Positions 20,901-29,735 of a stretch of DNA of 64,000 nucleotides are shown here, piece after piece (within the stretch, counting starts at the first letter, position 1; each line of letters begins with the position of its first letter). This DNA is from an uncultured Clostridia bacterium. GTDB lineage: Bacteria > Bacillota > Clostridia > Christensenellales > DTU072. Made by a program: the position numbers and the translations under genes. Below the pieces are notes generated by a model. The model did not search any database and had not been told where the DNA came from. It saw nothing but the letters and a program-made list of their open reading frames with translations. The DNA is taken from the NCBI GenBank assembly GCA_944362765.1, contig CALVTP010000005.1, positions 3,649 through 67,648 on the forward strand, in the 5' to 3' direction.

Positions 20901-23824
20901 TCACTATCGAGGTCAATGTGGATACGACTCCGGCGAACCCGCTTTTAGCAATACCCGACCCCGCCGCCGTAAGCTTTGTCTCGGTTGCCGACAGAGGAAG
21001 TTACACCGCTTACGAGATCTATTCCGGCAGCGCCCTTTCGCTTTCCGGAATTTGGGAGGCGGGCAGATACGGCATGGGCAGAACCGAGTTCCAATATGCT
21101 CAATACGCCAGCGGCAGCAACAGCCCGGCGGGCTTGACGTTCCAATCTGCCGAAAGGTTTGAGGTGAATGCGGACGGGGAGTATTGGATAAGCGCCGCTA
21201 AAGGCGGAGAGACGGAATACTACTACGTAAGATTCATTGTCTATGATCCCGAGACGGATATTTCGGTAAGTTTAGAAGTCGGCGGAGTGCTCTCCGAGGG
21301 CGATATGACCGGCGGAGTCACCTGGACAGAATCGGCAACGGTTTCCTTGCGGGCTTCGGCTTCGACGGCGGTATATTTTTGGTATTCTCTCGGGAACGAC
21401 GCCTCAGGAAATCCGGTCTGGGAGCGTCTCAATGACGAGGCTGCCGTGCTTGACTCCGGTAACATTGTTGTCTGGGAAGCCGTTTTCGAAGGCATTGAAG
21501 GCGCCGGCGATCCGTCGGTTTCGATAGGAAACAACAACAGAACCACGATAAGCGGGAACGCCCGCTATAATCTGAAATTCAGAGTAACCGACCTGTTCGG
21601 GAACCAAGCCGTCGACGACAGTAATTACATTATCCGCATTGACGGATCGGTACCTCAGTTCGAATTGGAGTTTATCACCCCGACGCATCCCGAAGGCTTG
21701 ACGGACGAAGATATCGAAAAATGGATAACCGAAGCCGTTTCGGTGACGATAGTGCCCGTTGCAACGAGTCCCGGAGGGGTCAGGTACGAGTATCAGGTCG
21801 GCGAATCGGGCGAATGGCAGCTGATAGCGGGGACGAGTTTTTCGACAAATCACATCGTCGGTTTCGACGACAACGGCACGATAGTGATCCGAGTTCGCGC
21901 CGAATCGCTTGCAAACGAGAACAGTTACATGTCCGAACCATATGAACTTAATATCGACCAGGTGGTGCCCGAGTTCAGCTTTGACGCAAAGGCGGATCGC
22001 CTGGACGACAACGGGGAAACGATTTCCTCCTCGACGCTGGCTCCCGATCAATGGACAAATGCCGACAGGGTCTCCATCACGATAACTCGGGACGCCGATA
22101 ACGAGTCCCCGGTCAAATACGAGTACAAGTGGAGCGACGGAAGCGCCTTTGAAAGTTGGGAGGATACGGGCACCGCTCTGACGTCCGACAAGATAAGAAC
22201 GCTGACGGTGCGCGCTATAAGCGGAGACGGCAGCGGTATCGTCGTCGAGCACTCTTTCACCGTCAATATCGACAACGTTGCGCCGGTAATTCATTCCGGC
22301 AACATCCGTAACTCCGAAACGGGTGAACCGAACGAGTACTACATCGACCAGGAAATCACCTATGTCGAAGCCAATTTAAAGAGCGCCACTTACAACAACT
22401 TCCCGCTTTCCAACGGGCAGATCATAGCGACGAACACCGTCGACAATTCCAACGGCGGCAGGGTGGAAATCAGGGTGGAAGACATGGCGGGGAACGTCAC
22501 GACGCTGACATTTATCATGACCATATTCCCGCTGAATGTCAACAATATCACTACTTCCACGCAGGACAGAAACCTTCTGAACCGCCTCGAAAACGATTAT
22601 AATGCGGCGGCGCAGGCGGGCGGTCTGACGGACAGCAGGATGCAATACTTCGAAACGCTGATACAGCGGCTCAAAGACAGGCTGATTATGCTGGAAACGC
22701 AGATAGGCGCTTACAGAAACTACCTGTCGCAGGTCAATTCCAAGCAGTCGTTTACGCTCGAATCCGATTACGACACGATGTTTAAGTACATCAACTACTT
22801 CGAAACCGAGGACGTCAATATCCGCTATCCCGATTGGATGCAGCAGGCTATCTGCGAAGGCGAGTACAGGACCTATTACCTGAAACTCGAAAGCGAGTTC
22901 GATAAATTGCAGGTGCTGATGGAGGAGGTTTTGGCTATAGAGGACGCGGTAGTGCTGCTTCCCGCGACAAACGTAGTCGCACGCGAAGATTACCAGGATA
23001 TCATAAGGGTATATAACGAGTACGACTCCCTGGCGCGCGACCAGAAGGCGGTGTTCACCCCCAATCTTCTCAATAAGCTCACCGAACTCAGGCGCATCTG
23101 CGAAGTGCTGCTGATGCAGGACGAGGAAACGGGGATAAGTATCGACGGCGAACAGCTTGTCGGCGAGCTCGGCGGTTCGCAGCTGACGGTGACGTCATAT
23201 GCGCCCGAATCGCAATATTTCATCGAGGCGCAGACGACGCTTTATAATCAATTGACGGCTGCCGATTCCAGGAAGATACTCTCCATCAACAGATTGGCGC
23301 TGGAAGGGGCGGGGGCAGAATTCAATACCGGAGAAATCACCGTCACCCTCCCGATACCCGAAGATTACAGACAATATGTCTACTTTGCGGTGTACGAGCT
23401 TTCTCCCGACGGCACCATCAAGAGGATAGAGACCTCCCGCATAGCTCCCGACGCCGAGTCGGTGTATTTCACGACGAATACGCTGTCGACGTACATTCTT
23501 GCGACTACGGCAAACGTCGTCGTTGCGGAGGAACCCGAAAAGATTTACGGCTCGATAGCGGGTATCGAAGTCGACGCCACGATGCTGACATACATTACCT
23601 ATGCGGTGGTGGCGATGTTCGTGATCTTTGTCATCATAGTGCTCCTCGTAGCGCTGAGAAGACGCAAGTTCCTGCAAAGCTACAACCGTGACCATAAGAA
23701 GGCTCTCATAAGGCGCGGCATCCATTCCATCCCGAAGGGCAACCCGCCGCCGCCGTCCAACCCCGCACGCCCGATAGAGCGCGTCGGACACGACCCGCAG
23801 GTCTTCTACAGAAAGAAGAAATAA
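17972..23824 (+). CDS. Giant (1950 aa) secreted surface protein with repeated Ig-like modules and a C-terminal TM anchor
   Basis: Start set at ATG 17972 (AAGAGG SD). Signal peptide KALLFLCALALASALIICASAAG. Recurrent module signature: WTNKAVTLT, WTPHNVTLS, WAAGPVTITIT, WTESATVSL, WITEAVSVTIV, WTNADRVSITIT. Helical region near residues 1480-1700. C-terminal TM AVVAMFVIFVIIVLLVAL, then RRRK and a Pro-rich tail. No LPXTG. Confidence 0.9.
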   Translation: MKAVLAKRTLNTRRLSGAKALLFLCALALASALIICASAAGARAAGTFSGVGADAAADDFEFGVFTSEGFRFGTAYDVSSGYPSVTLQFTKTVDTGAKFWYYLSEDDTRPENVTWSEFGDAATDGSMTASLSDVIADRSDYYETYIFFSGGLGDDRYVDATPRKIIFVDSRAMTNMQVTSLSATVDGRPYDLSENASWTNKAVTLTAVTNFTGDPRAVRFWYILPDETEERPFTNIFSSGTDEDEYVTGTVTIGGTAEDAIKTVNGELTIIAEPLAGGSETTFERDSTVRLDMVSPEFTVTATVQTDEGTTEEISSSEWTPHNVTLSVNFGDAGEPFSGINEVTYEKINPTGESGEPEQIEPVGGKYSYTWSENGSYKVEFTVRSASGNYSTKRFEIRKDDIQPEILLSASDGNGARIVSAGTQPPTGGRAKFAAESITFSLALDNTLQQGNTLTYSYSLDGGEWKTLTGTDNVRALTLTNDASLKYPGNEIKFRIEAATGLYAEESFEFAVLSPNFYNDMALIIPEAGESGWINEPVKASFVLREFLSGDIPDGGEYLIYGFYTEAGYSDEAVYMEPVIEAVAERPGYVRYTVTIEQSLNEASYSFRIYDRADNYVELEYDENGNPVVDEEDETVTFPLVTGILKVDTEIPEADISLSLGDVALNEGDWAAGPVTITITPENVPVSGLSCYPIFGEGHTSEEPVNAADGKYSVVVRVTGEYRYRLISGAGNYKDFTVTVNIDSSDIEFSDIDDAGHPIKASIVADSGDEIAQSLYYDEQQSAYILNGVYSDVKVYLGSNHEGHFTVMYMTDAMTDYAVNPDSDNPENFLIALPEDISLSHGTLTYTFRLRSNAVSSDGTYSLTSTSVKLIVNYDKTNFGITIDGYGDAGWHYGEIEFEFNPAASGITVKGYQYSLNGTTWKNIEFGTAIGEDGHAVWSYGGEPVEIEGFPEITGGAYSGTMYFRAVAETGKTSNIVTIEVNVDTTPANPLLAIPDPAAVSFVSVADRGSYTAYEIYSGSALSLSGIWEAGRYGMGRTEFQYAQYASGSNSPAGLTFQSAERFEVNADGEYWISAAKGGETEYYYVRFIVYDPETDISVSLEVGGVLSEGDMTGGVTWTESATVSLRASASTAVYFWYSLGNDASGNPVWERLNDEAAVLDSGNIVVWEAVFEGIEGAGDPSVSIGNNNRTTISGNARYNLKFRVTDLFGNQAVDDSNYIIRIDGSVPQFELEFITPTHPEGLTDEDIEKWITEAVSVTIVPVATSPGGVRYEYQVGESGEWQLIAGTSFSTNHIVGFDDNGTIVIRVRAESLANENSYMSEPYELNIDQVVPEFSFDAKADRLDDNGETISSSTLAPDQWTNADRVSITITRDADNESPVKYEYKWSDGSAFESWEDTGTALTSDKIRTLTVRAISGDGSGIVVEHSFTVNIDNVAPVIHSGNIRNSETGEPNEYYIDQEITYVEANLKSATYNNFPLSNGQIIATNTVDNSNGGRVEIRVEDMAGNVTTLTFIMTIFPLNVNNITTSTQDRNLLNRLENDYNAAAQAGGLTDSRMQYFETLIQRLKDRLIMLETQIGAYRNYLSQVNSKQSFTLESDYDTMFKYINYFETEDVNIRYPDWMQQAICEGEYRTYYLKLESEFDKLQVLMEEVLAIEDAVVLLPATNVVAREDYQDIIRVYNEYDSLARDQKAVFTPNLLNKLTELRRICEVLLMQDEETGISIDGEQLVGELGGSQLTVTSYAPESQYFIEAQTTLYNQLTAADSRKILSINRLALEGAGAEFNTGEITVTLPIPEDYRQYVYFAVYELSPDGTIKRIETSRIAPDAESVYFTTNTLSTYILATTANVVVAEEPEKIYGSIAGIEVDATMLTYITYAVVAMFVIFVIIVLLVALRRRKFLQSYNRDHKKALIRRGIHSIPKGNPPPPSNPARPIERVGHDPQVFYRKKK

Positions 23825-23876
23825 TTTTATTCTGCCCGTATCCGCGGGCTCAAAAATAAAGGAAAGGAGGTAACAA

Positions 23877-24665
23877 ATGGCAATCGACGTTAAAACTTTG
23901 GCGTACGTCAATTTTTACGCGGCAATGGGAACCCTCGAAAAGTACGTAGAGTACGACACGGGCGCCCGTGAGCTTGCCAAGGGGCAGAACCTTAACGTGC
24001 GCTTCAAAGTGCAAGGCTCCGGTCCCGACGGCGTGCTGATATTCGAGGAGGGCAAAGTCAGGGCGCTCCCTTACGATGCCGGTATCAAAACGGACATCGT
24101 TCTGATTTGCAAGAACGCCGAACATTTCAATAAAGTGGTAGCGGGTACCGCCATGCCGATTCCCGTGAAGGGCGTCTTCAAGACACTTTCTTTTATGGGC
24201 AATGCCAATTCCCCCTTCATGGTACTGACGGACAACATGGCTAAAATCATGCGTCAGAAGGAGTTCAACAATCCGCAGGAGCGGGAACTCAGCACCAAGC
24301 TTGCGTTCTATGCTATGGTGGCAGGTATCGCAGAGGTCGGCAATCACGATCCGATAGCGCGTTATGCCATGAAACGGGTGCTTGACGGCGAGATGGTGCT
24401 CGGGATAAAGGACGTCTGCTACGCCACGCTGGTGAAGACGGGCGGCGCTTCCGACGAGGCGCGCCTCACTTGTATCAGACAAAAAGGCAGCAACGGCAGG
24501 GCGTTCATGACCTTTGATTCGATAGACACCGCCAAAGGGCTTATCGACGGCGAACTCGACGCGATGGCGTGTATCAGCAGCGGCAAACTCGACACGCGCG
24601 GGCATATGCTGATGCTCGACAACGTCAACAAGATATTGAATATCGTTCCCAAATATTTGGCTTAG
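23877..24665 (+). CDS. Hypothetical protein, possibly two SCP2-like halves
   Basis: Strong SD (GGAAAGGAGG). The C-terminal GELDAMACISSGKLDTRGHMLML resembles the SCP2 G-x-hydrophobic...GKL-x-x-x-G signature. The family call is weak. Confidence 0.8.
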   Translation: MAIDVKTLAYVNFYAAMGTLEKYVEYDTGARELAKGQNLNVRFKVQGSGPDGVLIFEEGKVRALPYDAGIKTDIVLICKNAEHFNKVVAGTAMPIPVKGVFKTLSFMGNANSPFMVLTDNMAKIMRQKEFNNPQERELSTKLAFYAMVAGIAEVGNHDPIARYAMKRVLDGEMVLGIKDVCYATLVKTGGASDEARLTCIRQKGSNGRAFMTFDSIDTAKGLIDGELDAMACISSGKLDTRGHMLMLDNVNKILNIVPKYLA

Positions 24666-24674
24666 GAGGACTGC

Positions 24675-25931
24675 ATGAAGACATATACTTACCCTAAAAA
24701 CGTCGAAACGATGACGAGAGCGGGAAAAGTCATTCCCGCGGGCGTCTATGGTCACTTAGGACCCGGCGAAGGCTGCATGATCCCGTCTTCCGCCTATCCT
24801 TTCTTTGTCTCGCGCGCCAAAGGCTCCGAAATGTGGGACGTCGACGGCAACCGTTTCATCGACTTCATGTGCGGCTACGGACCCAACGTCACCGGCTATT
24901 GCGACGACGACATCGACAACGCCGCCATGAAACAGATAAAGATAGGCAACTGCACCTCGCTACCTTCCTATATCATGGTCGACTTTGCGGAACTTCTTAC
25001 CGCGACAGTCAAAAAGGACTGGGCGTTTTTCTGCAAAAACGGCGGGGACGTCACCACCTTTGCCGTCATGATAGCGCGGTACTTTACCGGTAAAAAGAAG
25101 ATTATCTTCGTAAATAACTACTACCACGGCGTGGCGCCATGGACGCAAAAACCCGACTCCCCGGGAACGCTCCCGGAAGATTGCATGAACTCCCTCTATG
25201 TCAATTGGAACGACATCGACGGACTGAAAAAGGTGATCGCCGAAAACGACGACATAGCCTGCTTTATCTCCACTCCGTATATGCACGGGAATTTTGTCGA
25301 CAACGAACTTCCCGCCGACGGCTATTGGCAGGAGGTCAGGAAACTCTGCACCGAAAACAACATCGTGCTTATCGTCGACGACATCCGCGCGGGGTTCAGG
25401 CTTTCGTTGCAGGGAAGCGACAACTACTTCGGCTTCGAAGCCGACCTTATATGCTTCTGCAAAGCGCTCGCGAACGGCTATAACGTTTCCGCCCTCTGCG
25501 GCAAGGAGTTTTTGAAGAGCGCCGCCGCTTCCGTTCCCTATACCGGCTCCTATTGGATGAGTGCGGTGCCGTTTGCGGCGGGTATAGCCAATATCAACAA
25601 GCTTATTCAAGGGAACGCCTGCGCCCACTTCAAAGAGATGGGCGAACGCCTCGAAAGCAACCTGATGAAGACGGCAAAAGAGCTCAATGTGCCGTTGGTG
25701 TTCTCCGGTCCCCCGGCGCTGTTCTATATGCGTATCAAGGACAAGCAGGACAACTTCCTTCTTCACCAGGAATGGGTGGCGGAGTGCGTAAGAAGAGGGG
25801 TGTTCGTCACCAACCACCACAACCACTTCCTGAACCTTTCGATGACGAAGGAGCTTATTGACGAAGCTACTACGATTTGCTCGGAAGCGATGGAAGTCGT
25901 CGTCAAAAACCACCCCGAACTCTTTAAATAA
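24675..25931 (+). CDS. Class-III (GSA-aminomutase-like) PLP aminotransferase
   Basis: SD AGGAGG. IVDDIRAGFR and FCKALANGYNVSA (candidate PLP-binding Lys) fit the aminotransferase class III fold. Confidence 0.9.
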   Translation: MKTYTYPKNVETMTRAGKVIPAGVYGHLGPGEGCMIPSSAYPFFVSRAKGSEMWDVDGNRFIDFMCGYGPNVTGYCDDDIDNAAMKQIKIGNCTSLPSYIMVDFAELLTATVKKDWAFFCKNGGDVTTFAVMIARYFTGKKKIIFVNNYYHGVAPWTQKPDSPGTLPEDCMNSLYVNWNDIDGLKKVIAENDDIACFISTPYMHGNFVDNELPADGYWQEVRKLCTENNIVLIVDDIRAGFRLSLQGSDNYFGFEADLICFCKALANGYNVSALCGKEFLKSAAASVPYTGSYWMSAVPFAAGIANINKLIQGNACAHFKEMGERLESNLMKTAKELNVPLVFSGPPALFYMRIKDKQDNFLLHQEWVAECVRRGVFVTNHHNHFLNLSMTKELIDEATTICSEAMEVVVKNHPELFK

Positions 25932-25986
25932 TTTTAATATTAAGTACCCCCGCGGGCGCACGCCCGCGAGGGACGGAAGAAATTAA

Positions 25987-27342
25987 ATGACAACAGTAAT
26001 AGTACTTTCCGCTTTGGCTGCGGCGCTGTCGCTGGGTGCGATAATAGCCGTTTCGTTGGCGGTAAAAAAACTGAACAGGGGCTCGTCCGAAAGCGGATAC
26101 GAAAAATTTATTTCGGAGCTCCAAAAGGTGAATATCTCGCTTTCGGCTACCATAAAAGCTTATACGGATGCCCAAGAGCGCGATTTTGACAACCTTGCAA
26201 AGCGAATAGAAAGCTCCGGCGAAAAGGAAAGGGCGCAACAGGAAAAGCTTCACGATGTCGTTTTAAATTCCGTAAAAAGCATTGCGGACGGCAACGAAAA
26301 GCGGATTACGGAGATGAGTAACGCCCAGCGCGAAAGCCTTCAGGAGATAAAAAAGGAGCTGAAGGACTCCTTGGAAAAGCTCGAAAAGGGTACGAGAGAG
26401 GAATTGGAACGGGTAAGAAAGGATAACTCCGAACAGTTGGAGCGCATCCGCATGACCGTCGACGACAAGCTGTCTAAGACGTTGAACGAGCGCCTCGACT
26501 CCTCCTTCAAAAACGTCAGGGAATCCCTCGACCGCCTCTACAAAAACCTCGGCGAGCTGAAAAGCCTCGACACAGCCGTCGGCGACCTCAACAGGACTTT
26601 AAGCGGCGTCAAGACGAGGGGAAACTGGGGGGAGCTTTCTTTGGAAACGCTTCTTGAAGACATACTCACCCCCGAGCAGTTCGAGCGGCAGTCGACTTTG
26701 GGCTCGCGGTCGAGAGAAACCGTCGACTTTGCCGTTAAAATGCCCGGTGCGGACGGCGATTTTGTCTATCTTCCCATCGATTCGAAGTTCCCGGTGGAGG
26801 ACTTCCAACGCATGATGACGGCTTTGGAGGCAGGCAACGTCTCCGAGTACGAATCGAACAGAAGAGAGTTTGAAAAACGACTGAAAAGCGAGGCTGTTTC
26901 CATCAAAAACAAGTATATCAAGCCTCCGAAAACCACCGATTTCGCGCTTATGTACCTTCCGACGGAGAGCCTTTACGCCGAGGCGCTGAGGGTCCCGGGA
27001 CTTGTTGAGGAGATACAGCGCAGTCAGCGCGTCATCATCACCGGACCGACGAACGCGGCAGCGCTTTTGAATTCGCTCCGGATAGGCTTCAGAACGTTGA
27101 TGATACAGAAAAACTCCGCCGAAGTCTTTAAGATCCTCAGCGACTTCAGGAAAAAGTTCTATGATTTTAAGGATACGCTGGCTGCCGTCCGCGAAAACCT
27201 CAGAAGGGCGGGGGAGAAGCTGGATAAAGCCGAGAGCAGTACCGAGAAAATCGACAAATCGCTCCGCCGCGCCGAAAGACTGGATATCGACGAAGCCGTC
27301 GAACCGCCCAAGCTCATCGGCGGCGAGTCGGGAGGAATTTAG
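25987..27342 (+). CDS. rmuC: DNA recombination protein RmuC
   Basis: N-terminal TM segment and a long coiled coil. C-terminal RmuC-type region: VYLPIDSKFPVEDF, ALMYLPTESLY, VIITGPTNAAALL. Confidence 0.9.
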   Translation: MTTVIVLSALAAALSLGAIIAVSLAVKKLNRGSSESGYEKFISELQKVNISLSATIKAYTDAQERDFDNLAKRIESSGEKERAQQEKLHDVVLNSVKSIADGNEKRITEMSNAQRESLQEIKKELKDSLEKLEKGTREELERVRKDNSEQLERIRMTVDDKLSKTLNERLDSSFKNVRESLDRLYKNLGELKSLDTAVGDLNRTLSGVKTRGNWGELSLETLLEDILTPEQFERQSTLGSRSRETVDFAVKMPGADGDFVYLPIDSKFPVEDFQRMMTALEAGNVSEYESNRREFEKRLKSEAVSIKNKYIKPPKTTDFALMYLPTESLYAEALRVPGLVEEIQRSQRVIITGPTNAAALLNSLRIGFRTLMIQKNSAEVFKILSDFRKKFYDFKDTLAAVRENLRRAGEKLDKAESSTEKIDKSLRRAERLDIDEAVEPPKLIGGESGGI

Positions 27343-27430
27343 AAAAGGAAAATCAGCGTGTTTAACGCACGCCATATGATACAAAAATCAAATTCAGCGT
27401 TTTAAGGCTTTTAGCCGAACGGGAGGAAAC

Positions 27431-29533
27431 ATGAAACGCTTCACATTGATTGTCACGGCGGTACTTACGGTACTATTGGCGCTGACATTGACTGCTTGCA
27501 ACAGCGAAAAGGACATGACCGCGGCTCGGATTGACGCCGGCGCGGGCGGCAAAGTCGTCGGAGACCGCGTCGAAGTCGTCGTCGAACAGGGCACCGCGGT
27601 AGCCGACCTTTCCACCATGATTTCGACGGTTTCCAACGCGCCTTGGAAGTTGTACAGGGACGCAGGCTGTACCGAGGAGATCGCCGATAAAATAGTGCCG
27701 GGAGACGGGTACGTTCTGAATAACGGCGACAACACTTACTATGCCGTTGTCACATCTTTAGACGGAGAGCACACCGCAACATACACCGTTGTCGTGCATA
27801 AACGCTTTCAGGTTACGGCGATCGTTTTAAATTCCGAGGGGCTGACAATCGGCACGGAAACCGTCGAATCCTACACAAAGTACACTCCCGAGGCGGAAAT
27901 TGCCGTGCCGGAGGGGTATCGCCTGGAAGGCTGGAAAGCCGACGACGAGCGCTGGGCGGAAGACGGACTCATCAGAAGACAGACCAGCTTCGCTCCGATA
28001 GTTTCTCCCGAAAGTTACACCGTGACGCTTTCGCTGGGCACGGACGAGACGCTAAAAGATACCATCGAGACCGAATACACCGTCATCTACGGTGAACAAT
28101 TGACCTTCCCCGTGATTTCCGACGCCACGCGCGAAGCGATGTCATTAAAAGGCTACGGCTTTTCGGGCTGGGCGAACTTCTATAACGGCGAAGCCTTCAC
28201 CGACCCGGACGGGAAAATGCTTGCTCCTTGGTCGAGGGAAGCTTCATTAACGCTGAAAGCGCTGTGGACTCCCGTTGATTACACCATTACATATTCCGCG
28301 GGAGATACGGCTGTTATACCCGAAGAAAATCCTGATACGTATAATGTCGAAAATGTCACCAAACTCGATATTCAGGCTCCCATAACTAAGGTTCCGGACG
28401 CCGAAACCATATATAGCGTGATGATAACGGGTGCGCTCAGGGCGTCTTACGATATCTATAAGTTCGAAGGATGGTACTTTGACGAAAACCATACGGAAGC
28501 GGTGACGGAGGAAAATTGGGTAGGCAGAATCGGGAACGTTACCTTGTATGCAAAGTACGAGGGAACCGAAGAGGAGCCCTCGGTCGAAGTTCACCACGAG
28601 ATCGCCGACTACTTTGTCACAGCCGAAGGAGTCCGTTTCGGAGCCTTCCCGCAAACCCTTATCGCCGTAACCGACGACATGACCGATGCCGAAAAGGCGG
28701 AAACGGAAGAAATTTTAGAGGCGCTGAAAGCCGATATCACCTATTTTCCGGGCGAAGGAAACGTTCCGCCGGTGAACGGACTTCCCGCATGGTATCCCTT
28801 TGATGACATTGAGAATATTGATGACATTGAGTATATGTGGTACATCGATACCGATTATAACGGTATCCTCTATCGCGGCGTATATTTCACCGCCAAACGT
28901 AGCCCGGATAACCCGGCTTGTCAGGCGGAATACGAAGCCAATGTGATCTATTGGTTCAGGTGGGAGCCCGTGCTGTGGATCCCCGGCGCCACGACGGAAG
29001 GATACACCACTCTCGTTTCAGACAAAGTGCTGTACTCAACCGAGCTTGCAGCGGACGGCGCGCTCACTTCCTATTCCGGAAGCGCGTTGGATAATTGGCT
29101 GAACGGCACTTTCCTCGACGAAGCCTTTACCGAAAGAGCTGAAATGCTGATCCCTTCGACTGTCGTCGACAACTCGGAATCCGCCGCAGGCTACAACGAA
29201 AACGGCGATGCGCGCGTCTATATTCTCTCTAAGTCGGAAGCCGAAGCCATTGCCGGTAAAGAAGCTACCGACTACGCCAAAGTAATGGGCTATGTTTCCA
29301 CGTGGTGGACGAGGACGAATGTGAATAACGGAACGGAAACGGGATTCTACGCTGCCGGCGGCGACATTATTGCCGCGAGCGATTCTTCCGTCGGAGTGTT
29401 ACCCGTTCTTAGGCTGAACATCAGGCGTGCCGACGACGTCGTCGAAGAGCCGGAAGAACCCGTGGATCCCGACACGGGAACGACGGAACCGGAGACTCCC
29501 GACGGCGGGCAGGGTACCGATCCGAACGCCTGA
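27431..29533 (+). CDS. Surface lipoprotein with Listeria-Bacteroides-type repeats and a DUF6273-like C-terminal domain
   Basis: Lipobox LTLTAC. Repeats GYRLEGWKADD, GYGFSGWANFYNG, YKFEGWYFDENHTEAV. C-terminal ...WWTRT...VLPVLRLN. SD GGGAGG. Confidence 0.9.
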   Translation: MKRFTLIVTAVLTVLLALTLTACNSEKDMTAARIDAGAGGKVVGDRVEVVVEQGTAVADLSTMISTVSNAPWKLYRDAGCTEEIADKIVPGDGYVLNNGDNTYYAVVTSLDGEHTATYTVVVHKRFQVTAIVLNSEGLTIGTETVESYTKYTPEAEIAVPEGYRLEGWKADDERWAEDGLIRRQTSFAPIVSPESYTVTLSLGTDETLKDTIETEYTVIYGEQLTFPVISDATREAMSLKGYGFSGWANFYNGEAFTDPDGKMLAPWSREASLTLKALWTPVDYTITYSAGDTAVIPEENPDTYNVENVTKLDIQAPITKVPDAETIYSVMITGALRASYDIYKFEGWYFDENHTEAVTEENWVGRIGNVTLYAKYEGTEEEPSVEVHHEIADYFVTAEGVRFGAFPQTLIAVTDDMTDAEKAETEEILEALKADITYFPGEGNVPPVNGLPAWYPFDDIENIDDIEYMWYIDTDYNGILYRGVYFTAKRSPDNPACQAEYEANVIYWFRWEPVLWIPGATTEGYTTLVSDKVLYSTELAADGALTSYSGSALDNWLNGTFLDEAFTERAEMLIPSTVVDNSESAAGYNENGDARVYILSKSEAEAIAGKEATDYAKVMGYVSTWWTRTNVNNGTETGFYAAGGDIIAASDSSVGVLPVLRLNIRRADDVVEEPEEPVDPDTGTTEPETPDGGQGTDPNA

Positions 29534-29566
29534 ACAGGCGTCGTTTATAAGCGTTCATATTTAAAA

Positions 29567-29593
29567 ACGCCCGGGAAGTACGGGCGTTTTTTT
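29567..29593. terminator. Bidirectional intrinsic terminator between convergent genes
   Basis: AAAAACGCCCG-ggaagta-CGGGCGTTTTTTT. Confidence 0.8.
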
Positions 29594-29631
29594 ATGAGTG
29601 GAATGAGTTTTCGTCGTTACGTTCCGATCAG

Positions 29632-29698
29632 CCGAAATTCTTAACCCGAACCATTTACCGCAACCGTTGACGGAAACAGTTGACCGAAATTCTTAACC
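29632..29698 (+). repeat. Perfect 15-bp direct repeat pair, 52 bp apart
   Basis: CCGAAATTCTTAACC at 29632-29646 and 29684-29698. Between them lie GTTGACGGAAA (29666) and GTTGACCGAAA (29679). Confidence 0.85.
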
Positions 29699-29735
29699 GC
29701 AATCGACGCAATGGACGCGTGTACAAAATCTCGGT

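Noticed and set aside
23850-25961. Antisense ORFs 23850..24755 and 24960..25961 (minus) opposite the SCP2-like and aminotransferase genes
   Set aside because: The plus-strand genes have strong SDs and recognisable motifs (PLP-Lys region). The minus-strand translations are Arg/His-rich and featureless.
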